Origin: Octopus vulgaris
Taxonomy: Eukaryota
Assembly (NCBI GenBank): GCA_951406725.2
Contig: OX597822.1
Span: 86,304,001-86,368,000, forward strand
Reading direction: 5' to 3'
DNA length: 64,000 nucleotides
Shown here: positions 1 to 12,827 of the stretch, piece by piece
How positions within the stretch are numbered: the first letter of the stretch is position 1
Layout: every line of letters starts with the position of its first letter
Notes under the pieces: model-generated
What the model was told of the DNA's origin: nothing
The model's database searches: none
The model's input: the letters and a program-made list of their open reading frames with translations, nothing else
Made by a program: the position numbers and the translations under genes

Positions 1-540
1 GAAAATTCTGTAGTTTGTAACAAATTTCGTCTTTAATTTCTCGCATTTCGGCAATTTTAACCAATCACTGGCGTCTATTGAGTTAAAAAGCATTCTGTGC
101 CGTATGAATATGTCCCTCGTTTAAGAAACACATTGGGTTTATTTACATTTGTGAAGAAAAAAAAGATACCCTTCCCCCACCACTAACCCTAACCCTGAAT
201 CTAAAACAGATTGAAATGCAATAGATCGATCCTGGGGTCATAATTATGGGTGACAATTTCATATGACACTGCTTGAGAAAATGGCAGTTTTTTCAATGTG
301 TTTTTTAAACGAGGGACGTATTCATACAGCACAGAATGCTTTTTAACTCAATAGACGCCAGTGATTAGTTAAAATTGCCGAAATGAAAGAAATTAAAGTC
401 GAAATATGTTACAAACTACAGAATTTTCTCAAGAAAGCCAAGAGAAAATGATGTTTTATAAGCACATTCTACCAGTATGCAAAGTTTAAAATTTTTAGTT
501 ACCTAGAAATTATGTTAAAATCGAACCGAAAAGATCCAAC
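1..540. mobile_element. Fold-back/MITE-like element with long inverted arms, cut by the window start
   Basis: 1-135 is the approximate reverse complement of 294-428 (gaaaattctgtagtttgtaac...aaacacattg / caatgtgttt...gttacaaactacagaattttc). The spacer contains ctaaccctaaccct. Confidence 0.75.
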
Positions 541-1176
541 ATATTTAAAGCAGCAATTTTTCAATTGAACAGTTTGTAACTGTAGGATTTAGAGTATCTT
601 TTGATAATTGCATTAGTGCCAAATGGTTCAATGATTTGATTTAATAAGTTTAGACTTAATGAAATCTATAAACAATTTTTGAGTTAAAATGTATAATTAA
701 CCTTGCATCTATTTTATCAATATTATCAAGATTCAAGTTTTTCTTAGACTCCATGTTTGTTTAGTTGATTATTAAAGTTACAAATCTTGATAAATTTGTT
801 ATGTTTGCAATAATTAGTGAGTGAGTGCATCTGTAATTATCACTCATTTATCTAAGTAAATTGAAAACAAAAACAAGAGAGAATTGAGAGACAATCCACA
901 AATGTTATTCCAAAGCTTTAGGCATCTGTTATAAATTGTAGTCTCTGCTTTACCATCATTATACATGTAGCATATTAAGACTGTTCTGCAGATGGAAATG
1001 GCCTGAAATATTTGCACACTCTGTTTACTGAATAACAGAGGACAAAATATGTAGTTGTTCACACTTCTTTGATTATAACAGATTTTAATGAAAATATTAG
1101 TTAGAAAAGCCTCAGAATTAGTTATAAGGTGATGTGGTTTGTCAGCATGTGACATATTTGCTATTTTCTGTTTTAG

Positions 1177-1211
1177 TTAAACATACGTCTGCCAGCATTG
1201 GATTAAATGAA
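1177..1211 (+). CDS. yjbQ: YjbQ/UPF0047 family protein, internal exon (KHTSASIGLNE); earlier exons not found in the window
   Basis: ttttag acceptor and gtaagt donor. Encodes the family motif HTSAS-x3-NE and joins in phase with the next exon. Confidence 0.88.
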
Positions 1212-2146
1212 GTAAGTTTGTATTTTCGTATTACATATTCATTTATAACAATGACTTTCACTTTTTTCAAATATTTTTTTATTCATTTCATATGTTAATA
1301 ACTAATATATTGTCATTAGAATTGTTACCTTGGTTAACAGTGGGGACTAGTTGTGGGCAGACTGTGGCCAAGGGGTCATATGTAGCCTAGGACTTTCTGA
1401 ATGGTTTGCCTAACAATAAATTACCTTCAATTTTTTTTTATAGTGTGGCTCACCTGATGTTAAGTGATGTCATAATGTGGCCCTCATGGCATTGAGTCAT
1501 GTCTGTTATGTGGCGCTTGCCAAAAAATACCCCTGTTTGGTGTAGACCATACTGTCTAGAATGTTCTCACATTAATGTTTCCTCTCTTCTTAACTATTTA
1601 CTCTCATTGCTAATACTTTTTAGGAAGAGTAAATGTCTGCCGTTTAATACAGAAAGTTTATGTTTGATGCCAATAACTATTGTTAGATTATATAAAACTT
1701 AGATTTTATAATCTAAGTTTTGATCAAGTGAAATGTTTGGTATTAGAATTTTATTTATTTTAGCAAAAAAGATTTCATGTTTAAATTTTAAAACTTGCTA
1801 AATATTTTCTGTTTAAATTACATATTGAAATCTAGTTTATTATTATGGATTATCAGTTATTTGCTTTTTTTATCACTGAAAATTTGACTGAAGACAAGAT
1901 TGTATTTTACCTGTAAATATCTGAATGAAAGTTAGAAAAAGCATCTTGTTAGAGGGAGAATATTAATTGGAGAATCACTTCTTTGGATCCCATCCGAGGC
2001 TTGTGATGTGCTTTTACATATCACTGATGATCCAAATCCATTTAAACTTCACTGTTGTATACAGTGGGAGCATTGTGTAATTTACAAATGTTTTAAAAGA
2101 AAAGAAAGAAAAAAAAGATATAATTTTCTTTCTTATCTTTGAAATT

Positions 2147-2615
2147 TGAGCCTCAAAGAGGCAATGACTAGTGACTGAGACCTTTGGCAATATGCTGTGC
2201 TTGAGAAGACCTGTCAAGCCAAGCGAAATTGTTGCAATGGCTGGTGTTGGTGTCACATAACTGGTACGCATGCCAGTGGTACATAAAAAGCACTGTTTGA
2301 TTTCCTTTTGAGCGTTGGGCCTCATGGAGGCAATGACCAAGACCTTTGGCATTATGTCGTGCTTGAGAAAAAGACTCATTAAGCCAAGCAAAATCGCAGT
2401 CGTGGCAGATACCAGTGTCCTGCAAATGGCACCTGTGCCAATGGCATGTAAAAGCTCTCCTTACACTCTTGGAGTGGTTGGCATTAGGAAGGGTATCCAG
2501 CCATAGAAAACCATGCCAAATCAAACTGGAGTCTATGCAGCCTCCCAGCTTACCAGCTGTGGTTAAACTGTCCAACCTATACCAGCATGGACAATGGACA
2601 TTAAATGATGGTGAT
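2147..2615 (+). mobile_element. RTE LINE 3' end / RTE-tailed short retroelement
   Basis: gctgtgcttgagaagacc...ggagtggttggcattaggaagggtatccagc...(atg)n tail, the same sequence that follows the RTE ORF stop at 10272. Confidence 0.75.
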
Positions 2616-3434
2616 AATCATGAATCAAGAAAGGAAAAGGTAATGTTTCAGGCAATGATTGTTGTTAGAAAGAGAGAGAGGAGAGAGAGAGAGGCATTTG
2701 TTTGTTTGTGTTTTTGAACTGAATCTCACTCAGCCAAAACTTTTGTTATTACATCCAAGTGAAAAGATGTCATTCTCTGTAAGACTGAATAATCCCTGAT
2801 GCACCTTGACATGTTCTGTATTCTCTATGGAATAAAAAAGTTGGGGAGAGATGAGAGAACAACAGAGAAGTTTTGAGTAAAGGTTTTGCTGTTGTATACC
2901 TGACGAAGTCTTGTGATTAATTTAATCAGCTGATGGTCATTTTAACAGAGACAGCAGTGTGTGGTGTGTGTGTATGTTTGCTCCAGGATGGCACGACATA
3001 CCTCTTACCTATTGACATGAAATTAGTTTGACTAGAAGGTTGAATTCAGTGAGAAATGGAGTATGGCTACAAAACACTCCTTTCCACCATAAAAAAAAAA
3101 ACTATTTCAGATGCACAAGCAATAAAGGGAATCTTTAAGCAGTTGCTTGACTTGCTAAAAGTAGCAGAAAATTGAAAAGAGTAATCCTGGATGTACTATG
3201 TCTGGAAAAAAACCAAAAACAGACAGGGTGGTTATGACCGGAATGCTTTTGATCATAAGGACTGACTTAGATCTAAATAACAACAGCTTTGGATATAAAT
3301 AAATGAATAAAATGTTTTAGAGAAGTGACTAACATGTCTGACATGTAGAGATGTCTATGATGGAATTAGTTTTGTTTTGATATAATTGTTTATATTTTCT
3401 TGGAACTATAATTTCCCTTTTTTACCTCTTGTAG

Positions 3435-3454
3435 AATTGGGATTCTGATGTGCG
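3435..3454 (+). CDS. yjbQ: YjbQ/UPF0047 20-nt microexon (NWDSDVR)
   Basis: Pyrimidine tract plus tag acceptor, gtaagt donor. Gives NENWDSDVR, matching the family NENxDPDVR motif. Confidence 0.85.
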
Positions 3455-3769
3455 GTAAGTTTATTTCCATTCCTTCAAATACATTTGTGTAATTTTTATA
3501 TCATTGAAATCAAGTTTTATTTTCTTAAATTTGGTTGAAATTTCTTCAGATTCTGTTAGAAAAGAAAAATGGTCTTGCTCCACAATACCTAGTCTCTAGG
3601 GAATTAAGACCTTTTTACAATGGATGTTCAAGAACAATAGAATGGTAATGATAATAATAATAAAAATAATGATAAATATTGTTGTTGAGAGGGACTTACA
3701 ATTTGAATTACTTAATCTGGTCTAAATTTAGAATAATTTTTAAGAATTTTCCATTCCAATTTAAGTTAC

Positions 3770-4040
3770 TGTATCTACCGTGGCACTCTGTCGGTTACAA
3801 CGACAAGGGTTCCAGTTCATCCAATCAACAGAACAGCCTGCTTGTGAAATTAACATGCAAGTTGCTGTGACACAGAGTGTGACAAGACTGGCCCTTTGAA
3901 ATACAGGTACAACAGAAACAGGAAGAAAGTTGTAGCGAAAGAGTACAACACGCTTTGCTCAATAAACACTCACAATGCCCGGTCTGGGAATCGAAACTGC
4001 AAGTCAGCTGCCCTAACCACTGGGTCATTGCGCCTCCACA
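3770..4040 (-). mobile_element. tRNA-derived SINE copy
   Basis: ggtctgggaatcgaaac...ccctaaccact reads as Pol III B/A boxes on the minus strand. Related heads occur near 4300-4360, 33290-33350 and 46755-46820. Confidence 0.6.
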
Positions 4041-5626
4041 ATGTATCTATATGTCATGGCAGTTTGCCTACCTGGAGAGGTTCTTGTGCTTTGAATATCA
4101 CAGAAATGGATTAAATTTGCAGCAAATAAAGTCTGTGAATTGGATTTGATTGTTAGCTGATACCACCTTGTAAGATAGTAAGTGATGTCTTGCATCCCAG
4201 GACTCTTAGGGCCAGCTTCCCTTTGAAGGGGATGTCAGTTTGTTGCAAGTGGACAGTGTGAACACAAAGTGTTTTGTTGAAGAACACAATGCATTACTTG
4301 GTCTGGGAATTGAAACCAAGATCTTGTGGTTGTGAGTTCAGCACCCTAACCACTAGGTCACACATCCTCACAGAAAGAGAAAATCCAAATTCCTATTTGG
4401 GCCATTGTGCCTCTATGACTGCGACATTATTGTTATGCTAATATTGTTGTAGCATATTATAACAAAAGCTGAAATGTTTTGGACAAAGTTTCTCCTGAAA
4501 AGAGGAACTGGGTGATTCTTTTAGTTGTTGAGCATAAATCAGATGGAGATTTCAGAATGTGTGGAGATTATAAAGTATGTGGAGGCAAAAGATATTAAAA
4601 GGGAACATTTCAGCAGATAGAATATGTTCTGAGATGAGAGAAGTCATGATAAATATATTAGTGGGTATTTTAAGATGGATAAGTCTTCTACGTGGCATTA
4701 AAGATCCATCATTATGCTTCAGAGAGTAAATGGACATGATGATGTTGGAAACGATGTTGATAATGTTCTTACTTATAAAGATTACACACACACACACAGA
4801 TATAGGTGCTAAAGCTGTTGAAAGTCTTCATATTAATGTAAATAATTGGAATTATTCAGCATGGTAATCAATTGATCCCTGTTTGTGTAGAGGCTGTGGC
4901 TAAGAAGTACTTAGAAGCTGTTCTTGGACTTATTCACTTCTTTGGAGACATTACCGACCAGTTATTCCTGTTGACAAAGATTTAGAATCGGCCAAATTAG
5001 TTGGATAGGCCTTCTTGCAGTATTTGTTCTGATTGTTTGTATTCTGGGTGTGGTAATGTCTGCAAAGACACTGATGGCAAGAGAAAGTCTACTGTTGAAG
5101 TGGTGTAGATGGGGTGGAGGCTGGCAGCATGCATCAAGAAGTGGAAGTCTGTGTATACAGAGACAGACACATGATTAGTTTTACCTCCTCCCCCACATTG
5201 CCATAAAAGTGTTGTCCCATTTTCACAAAGAGTAAACTAAAAGCAAAAAAATATTCTACCCAAAACCTTCAGTCCAGATTCCTGATGTCAACAAAGAAGT
5301 TGCCTTCATTGATGCATATGAAATATAAACAAGAAGAAAGCCTTGCCTCTTGTTTTTAGAATCGGTACAACATATCCCTGCATAACTTAAGAGGGAACCA
5401 AAAGGTTTGGCAACAGGAAAAGCATCCAGTCATGAAATATTGCTGAGGAAAATTAATGTGGTTTGAGTTCATAAGAGTTTTCTGCGTCTTCAGGGCACTG
5501 CAGGATTTTTGTATAGAGGCAGTTCCATTGCTGTTTGGTGAATTAAATGTTGTTGTATTGAGGTTTCAGAAGTTGGAGACATGATAAAAAGATAAACCTT
5601 TTTTCTTTTTTTTTTTCATTGTATAG

Positions 5627-5666
5627 AGTTGATATGGAAATGTTCTTGAACCGTGCTATACCTGAG
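5627..5666 (+). CDS. yjbQ: YjbQ/UPF0047 exon (VDMEMFLNRAIPE)
   Basis: Poly-T plus tag acceptor, gtgagt donor, phase continuity (cg+a = Arg). Confidence 0.88.
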
Positions 5667-6355
5667 GTGAGTTTGATTTTATGGTTGTTTTATTTCTTTG
5701 CAATTAAGAGTTCTGTAATGTTATAAAGAATTGTAGGAAAATGGGAAGTTTCTTTGTTTTTGTGGCTGTTCTTGCTGATATTAACAAACCGTCCAAATAC
5801 TATTGCCTCAATGCCAAACGCTTATTGCATAAAAGATGAGACAAACTAATAAAGTTGAACTTTTGGTGAGTCAAAATATATTTGTGACTGAGTTTAGCTT
5901 CTAAAGGCAAATTCACTGCAGTTACTGAGGAGAAAATATTGTCTCTTATCTTAAAAGGTGTAAAAACAACCTTCCCTGTGGTTCCATCTAATGGATTCCC
6001 AGATGAGTGTTTCTGGCTTTTAAGCTTGGCTGAAAGTGGAAGAGAAATAAATTTCTTCGTGGATAAAATGCATCTCTTGTTGGCAACATTAGCAGGAAGT
6101 TTGGTACATATTTATGATCACTAGGCACCTGAGGCAATAAAAGATTAAATATGCTTCTCAAAGAAAGAATGTAATACTTGTATGGAGCTAATAGCCACAA
6201 ATCAATCATTCAATACTTTGTCTGTTCAACTGTTTTACCTTAACACCATTGACTAAAGACATTTTCTGTTGATGTAATATTGTTTGTGTACATTGTATCC
6301 ATTTACCAATTTATGGTTTATTTATTTATTTTTAAATTCTATTTTTTGATTCTAG

Positions 6356-6397
6356 AATATTCCATATAAACACTCATGTGAAGGACCTGATGACATG
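6356..6397 (+). CDS. yjbQ: YjbQ/UPF0047 exon (NIPYKHSCEGPDDM)
   Basis: ctag acceptor and gtaaat donor. Encodes the YxHxxEGPDDM family signature. Confidence 0.92.
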
Positions 6398-7842
6398 GTA
6401 AATAATTTCATATAACGTTTTCTTTTGAAGTATGGGTTGGGTTTATGGTTTCAGTACCACAGACCAGCACTTTGGCATCTCCCTTCTAGAACCTCATCTG
6501 CATAAATCTATGTGTGTGTTTCTATGTTCCATAACTTAACAGTTTGATAAACAAAGATAAAATAAGTACCAAACTGGAATCGTTGTGGTCAATGAAAACC
6601 CTTGAAAGCTGTGCTCCAATATGGCCACAGTGTAATGAGTGAAAAACAGCAAGGAAAACAGAGAACTGTTTTCCTTGCTGGCATGGGTTGGACTGTTTGA
6701 TAGGATCTCTGTAGCTGCAGGGCTGTGCTGAACTCAAATGTCACTTTTGGCATGGTTTCTGCAGCTGGATGCCCTTCCTAATACCAACCACTTTACAGTG
6801 TTTACTGAGAACTTTTTTATGCCATTGGCATCGGTGAGGTTGCCAAAGTTGCAAGAGAAGAAATAAAAAAAAAAAAAAGGAAAAAGTCCTTTATCAAAAT
6901 CTCTTTCTTTGCTTACAGAGATGAGATTATTGCAGAAGAATTGTTGCAGCATCATGTTTTCATAGTTTGGACATTGTTGTTGTTCTTGTTGTTGCTGACC
7001 TTTGAAATCTGAAATGGGAATGGTACTTGGCTTCATGGTTCACAGAAGCAAACAAAGAAATATGTCTTCCAACAGAATTATCCAATAAATAGTTGTAGAA
7101 TATTGAAATGATGTAAAAAAGAATGAATTCCATTTGAAAATACTGAATAAGACAAGCAAAGGATTTCATTAGATTAACCGCCCCCCACCACATACACACA
7201 AAGAATACTGACCACTTTAATAGTGATTTAAAGATAAAACATAGTAGGGTGACCATTCTTTATTGTCTTGGAGCTGCATGGAAACATACAAATGAATTAT
7301 TCCCAAAACACTTGATTGAAAGGATTGTGTTGCTTCATTGCAAAGTAAATTTGATGATGATGTTCTTGTTTAGCTCCAGGTTAAATCTTGTTGAATAGGT
7401 TTATGATCAAGGACATTCCAACACTGCAACCATCCCATATTTTATATAGCCACAACTCCACTAACCAACAGTTGTTGTTTCTTTTGAGACTGTATGCTAT
7501 TATTCGAGGGAGATTTGTCTGCTATTACTAGCAGGTTGACCAACTAATTAGTGACTTTCATATAGTCTTGAAGATTTGATTCAAATCAGTGAGGGTGACT
7601 CTTCCAGAGATACAGTGCTGCCCTGATAACAAGATAGAATCCGTCTGTCCTTCACCATTTAAACTACCCACAGTCAACTCTGACAACCGTGATTCCCGTT
7701 TGTTATTTCTGTTTAACACAGATTTCACATTTTACTCTTTTAAATCTATTTATTTGATTCTTGTTAGTTCTGTAACTTTCTTCTAGACATGAAATGCACA
7801 GGAATTGTTGAAACAAATAACTTTTTATTTACTGTTTCTCGC

Positions 7843-9006
7843 TAATGTCCGTTTTCCATACTGGCATGGGTTGGATGGTTTGACTGAGGGCTGACAAGGC
7901 AGAAGGCTGCACCAGGCTCCAATCTAATCTGGCAAAGTTTCTACAGCTGGATGCCATTCCTAACGACAACCACTCCAAGAGTATAGTAGGTGCTTTTTAC
8001 ATGTCACTGGCACGAGGGCCAGTCTGGCGGCACTGGAAATGACCTCACTTGAATGGTGCTTTTTATGTGCCACCGGCACAGGAACAAGTCAAGCGGCACT
8101 GGCAATAACTAGGCGCGAATGGTGCTTTTTATGTGCCTATCAGGTGGTACTGTCATTGGCCATGACAATGACTTCACTTGACTCTACAGATCTTTGCAAG
8201 TGCAGTTTATTGCCCAATGATTGAAGGGTACTCTTAAATGGGCCGGTTATGCTGGACTGGCATAGGCCACAGTTACAGTCTCACTTGGCTTGTTGGGTCT
8301 TCTCAAGCACAGCATATCTGCAAAGGTCTTGGTCACTTGTCATTGCCTCAAAGAAGCCCAATGTTCGAAGGTCGTGCTTCACCACCTCATCCCATGTCTT
8401 CCTGAGTCTACCTCTTCCGCAGGTTCCCTCTACTGCTAGGGTGTGACACTTTTCTACACAGCTATCCTCTTCCATATGCAACACATGACCATACCAGCGC
8501 AGTCGTCTCTCTTGCACACCACATCTAATGCTTCTTATGTCCAACCTGTCTCTCAGGGCACTTACACTCTCTTGTGTATGCACACTGACATATTACACAT
8601 CCAGTGGAGCATACTGGATTCATTCCTTGCAAGCTTGCACATGTCCTCATCAGTCACAGCCCATGTTTCATGGCTGTTTGCACACATGCATCATACAGTC
8701 TACCTTTAACTCTGAGTGAGAGGCCTTTTGTCACCAGCAGAGGTAGGAGCTCCCTGAACTTTACCCAGGCTATTCTTATTCTAGCAGCTACACTCTCATA
8801 GCATCCAGCCCCGCTACTGACTTGGTCACCTAGGTAACGGAAGCCATCAACTACTTCTAGTTTTTCCTCCTGGCATTTGATGGACATTTTTTTTCTGCAC
8901 ATTTTCAGTGTTTATTGCCCCTGTGCATTTGCCACCCACAAAATCTATCTTCCCAGTTAGCCTTCCCTTGATATTGCTGCACCTTTTATGTGTCCATAGC
9001 ATATGC
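7843..9006 (-). mobile_element. 5'-truncated RTE-clade LINE (RT C-terminus plus 3' tail)
   Basis: ORFs 8654-8902 and 8281-8583 encode LEVVDGFRYLGD, RLRWYGHVLHM and GRGRLRKTWDEVV, with frameshifts. The shared 3' tail follows. Confidence 0.9.
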
Positions 9007-9163
9007 AAAATCAGAATTGAAACTAGAGGCTTCTATGTTTGAAAATATAACTTGTTGTCATGTGTATGTTTTGTGTGTGTGTGTGTTTTTACAAATAGAC
9101 ATTAAATGATGATGATGGTGACATACATACCGATACCTACAAATTCTTGTCTTTCGTCAACAG

Positions 9164-9281
9164 CCTGCTCATATCAAAGCAGCATTTATCGGCAGTAATC
9201 TCTCTATACCTGTAACTGAAGGCAAGCTTAACCTTGGAACTTGGCAAGGATTATGGTTGTTTGAACATCGAAACCATGCAA
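9164..9281 (+). CDS. yjbQ: YjbQ/UPF0047 exon (PAHIKAAFIGSNLSIPVTEGKLNLGTWQGLWLFEHRNHA)
   Basis: cag acceptor and gtaagt donor. Encodes the PAHIK and LGTWQG-x-x-L-x-EHR motifs. Confidence 0.95.
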
Positions 9282-9616
9282 GTAAGTGACTATCTCTGTT
9301 CTATTTTGTTATGTTACATTATTTGATGTAGACTTCACCAACATCGTTCAGCTGATCTTTCTGATTCATTGATCATATCAACTAAGCAAAGCATTATACC
9401 CTCAGTTTGAAAATAAAAATGTAAAATGAAGAAAGGACATTGCTTTACGTGAGTAAGGACGATTAAAGAGTAGAAGGGGACTTGAGGAGGGATAAAACTG
9501 TAATTTGAATAATAATATATTAGTAGAGGCAGGGGTTTTAGTGCCTGCTGGTAGATAAAGAATGGCTTTCAGAATAAACTTCTGTTGTTCATGATTAAAA
9601 CAGCTATAAGTTATGA

Positions 9617-10980
9617 GGACAGGAACAATAAACACTGGAAATGTGCAGAGAACAACTTCTGTCATATTCCAGGGTGAAAAACTAGAAGCAGTTGACAGCT
9701 CCCATTACCTAGGTAACCAAGTCAGTAGCAGGGGTGGATGCTCTGAAAGTGTAGCTGTTAGAATAAGAATAATCTGGGCAAAGTTCAGAGAGCTCCTATC
9801 ACTACTGGTGACAAAGGGCCTCTCGCTCAGAGTAAAAGGTAGACAGTATGACGCATGTGTACGAACAGCCATGCTACATGGCAGTGAAAAATGGGCCGTG
9901 ACTGCTGACGACATTAGTATGCTCGCAAGGAATGAAGCCAGTATGCTCCGATGGATGTGTAATGTCAGTGTGTATACACAACAGAGTGTAAGTACCTTGA
10001 GAGAAAAGTTGGATTTAAGAAGCATCAAATGTGGTGTACAAGAGAGACGACTGTGCTGGTATGGTCATGTGTTGCGAATGAATGAGGACAGCTGTGTGAA
10101 GAAGTGTCACACCCTAGCAGTTGAGAAAACCTGTGGAAGAAGTAGACCCAGGAAGACCTGGGATGAGGTGGTGAAGCATGACCTTCAAACATTGGGCCTT
10201 ACTGAAGCAATGACTTGTGACCGGGACCTTTGGAAATATGCTGTGCTTGAGAAGACCCAACAAGCCAAGTGAGACCATAGCTCATGGCCTATGCCAGTGG
10301 GTGTAACCAGCCCATTTATGAATACCCCTCATTCATTGGACAATAAACCTTGCTTGTGAAGACATTGAGGCAAGTGAAATAGAAATCAAAATTACTGATG
10401 CGGCTGATGGCAGTACCGCCTGATTGGCACTCATGCCAGTGGAACATTAAAAGTACATCCGAATGTGGGGTATAACCGGCCCACTTATGAGTACCACTCA
10501 TTCATTGGACAATGAACTTTGCTTGCAAAGACCTATTGAGGCAAGTGTAAACAAATCAAAATTGCTGACAAGTCTTTCTGTTATTTCATTTATTGCTTTT
10601 ATCAAATAATCAAGTTAAGAGAGAGGTAGACAAACAGATAGAAAGATGGATGGATGGAGAGGTAGTCAGACAGACAGACAGATACATAGACAGGCAGCAG
10701 ACAGATAGACACACGTATATATATATATGTGTGTGTGTGTGTGGCACGTAAAAAGCACCATCCGATAGTGGCCGCTGCCAGCCTCATCTGGCCTCCATAC
10801 CGGTGGCACGTAAAAAGCACCCACTACACTCACGGAGTGGTTGGCATTAGGAAGGGCATCCAGCTGTAGAAACATTGCCAGATCAGACTGGGCCTGGTGC
10901 AGCCTTCTGGCTTCCCAGACCCCAGTTGAACCGTCCAACCCATGCTAGCATGGAAAGCAGACGCTAAATGATGATGATGA
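9617..10980 (+). mobile_element. 5'-truncated RTE-clade LINE (219-aa RT C-terminal ORF plus 3' tail)
   Basis: ORF 9613-10272 is homologous to the minus-strand copy at 8281-8930. The tail ends in (ATG)n at about 10968-10980. Confidence 0.9.
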
Positions 10981-11679
10981 TATATATATATATATATATC
11001 ACTGATGAAGGAAATCAGTCTGATTCGGGGGAAAAAATTTTCTGTTAGCTTGCTTTTGTTTCAATACACTGTGTAACTATAGTGAAAAATATTGTGTGTG
11101 GTTAGACGATCCAAGGTCTATTTTTCAGCATATCGGCATAGAAAATTTGTTTTTTGCCCTTATTTACAGTTAAATATATACACACGAAAGGCTTCTTTCA
11201 GTTTTGGTCTCCAAAATCCACTTACAAGACTTTGGTTGGAATGACAGCTGGTCTTTAAGAATATTTAAAAAATTTTTCTGAAGATGACAGAAAAAAAAAA
11301 AAAAAGTTTTACTTTCATCTTAATCAGTTTTGAACCTTGGTCAAGATGTCTTGCAGTTCCTTGTCTGTGCACAACTTTAACCACTAGCCTACTGGGTCCT
11401 CTTTTAAAGCATCTGTCAAAAATAAGATGAATTAGGGTTAGGGTTTAAATATCTTATTTTTAAATTGATGGTTGTGTGGGTAAATGCCCTGTAAGTAATC
11501 ATGATAGGTGGGTAGAGGTTTCAACTAGTCCTATAAATATGCTGGTTTAACATTTAAAAAAAAATTTATCTAGACATAAAAAGAAGGAAAAGACATACAA
11601 TTTTCATTTCCACTCTGCCCAGTATTGGACAATGGACAAAATCTTCCATCTAAGCTGTTGTTCTGCCTCACCATGCCAT

Positions 11680-12822
11680 TAAACACTAATTTACTGGGTT
11701 CCCCACTTCCAGGTTCAGTGAAAAATGAGATATTTAAATCCATTACAGCATCAGATCATTAATAAGACTAGATTCAAATATCCCACTCTTAAGCTTGTCC
11801 TTGTTGCTGCTGAGATGGCCCCTGCTGGACAAAGGTGTTGATAATTAACATCATTAATATTGTAAGATGATATAGGTTTCAATCTCTACTTAGAACTACT
11901 ATTAAACTGGTTTTTTAAAAAATTCTTGTTGATTAAACAAAAAAAAAAAAGAATTTAGATGAAAAATTTTACTCACACCTCTGATCTGTCTTTAACCCAA
12001 TATCAGATTACGCAGGTTGTCCTATCACACTGGTTATCTATCTGCACCCTTACTCACAAGTCCATTGGGTACCCCATTAATTTCTGTGGAAAATGAGATA
12101 CTTAAATCTATAACAGTGTCTGGTCAAAAATAAAAATAGATTTAAATATCTCATTTTTAAGCTGCTTTTCAGCTGTTGCTTTGATGGCCTAATGGGTAAA
12201 AGGGTTGGTAATTTAATTAATAATCTGGTATGAAGATAGAGGTTTCAATCTCTATGTGCAGCTGTTATCAGGGTTTTTTTTTTAACATCCTTGATGAAAC
12301 CAACAAAAAAAAAAAATATTAACCTACACTTTGATCTGACTTGAACCCCAGGTCATGTGTGTTCAGAATCTCACTTCACACTGTTCATCTACACACACCT
12401 TTACTCATGAGTCTATTGGGTCCCCCCGTTAATTGCTATAAAAAATGAGATACTTAAATCTATAAGTGTCTGGTCAAAAATAAAAATAGATTTAAATATC
12501 TCATTTTTAAGCTGCTTTTACAGCTGTTGCTTTGATGGCCTAATAGGTAAAAAGGTTGATAATTTAATTAATAATCTAGTATGAAGATAGAGGTTTCAAT
12601 CTCTATCTGCAGCTATTTTTTTTTAACATCCTTGATGAAACAAACAAATAAAAAATAAAGAATCTTACCTACATCCTGATCAGTCTTGAACTCCCAGGAC
12701 AAGATTGTTCAGAATCTCCCCACACACGGTCCTTCTACCCACACCTTTACTCATGAGTCTATCGCCCCCCCCCCCTCCGCTAATTTCTGTCAAAAACGAG
12801 ATACTTAAATCAATAACAGCAT
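11680..12822. repeat. Tandem repeat, about 350-370 bp unit, about 3.2 copies
   Basis: The anchor aaaatgagata(c/t)ttaaatc recurs at about 11722, 12090, 12442 and 12793 with similar sequence between. Confidence 0.85.
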
Positions 12823-12827
12823 ACTCC

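Noticed and set aside
844-1155. 103-aa minus-strand ORF as the YjbQ N-terminus
   Set aside because: Wrong strand and no convincing family similarity.
9613-10272. Uninterrupted 219-aa RT-like ORF as a domesticated gene
   Set aside because: A 5'-truncated RTE copy lacking the catalytic core, with conserved motifs already degraded (SSHYLGN versus FRYLGD).
11001-11050. ctgatgaagg as another hammerhead core
   Set aside because: No matching stem II, GAAA and NUH arrangement downstream.
11433-11446. TTAGGG-like repeats here and at about 183-196 as interstitial telomere
   Set aside because: Only about two units each, within or beside repeat elements.
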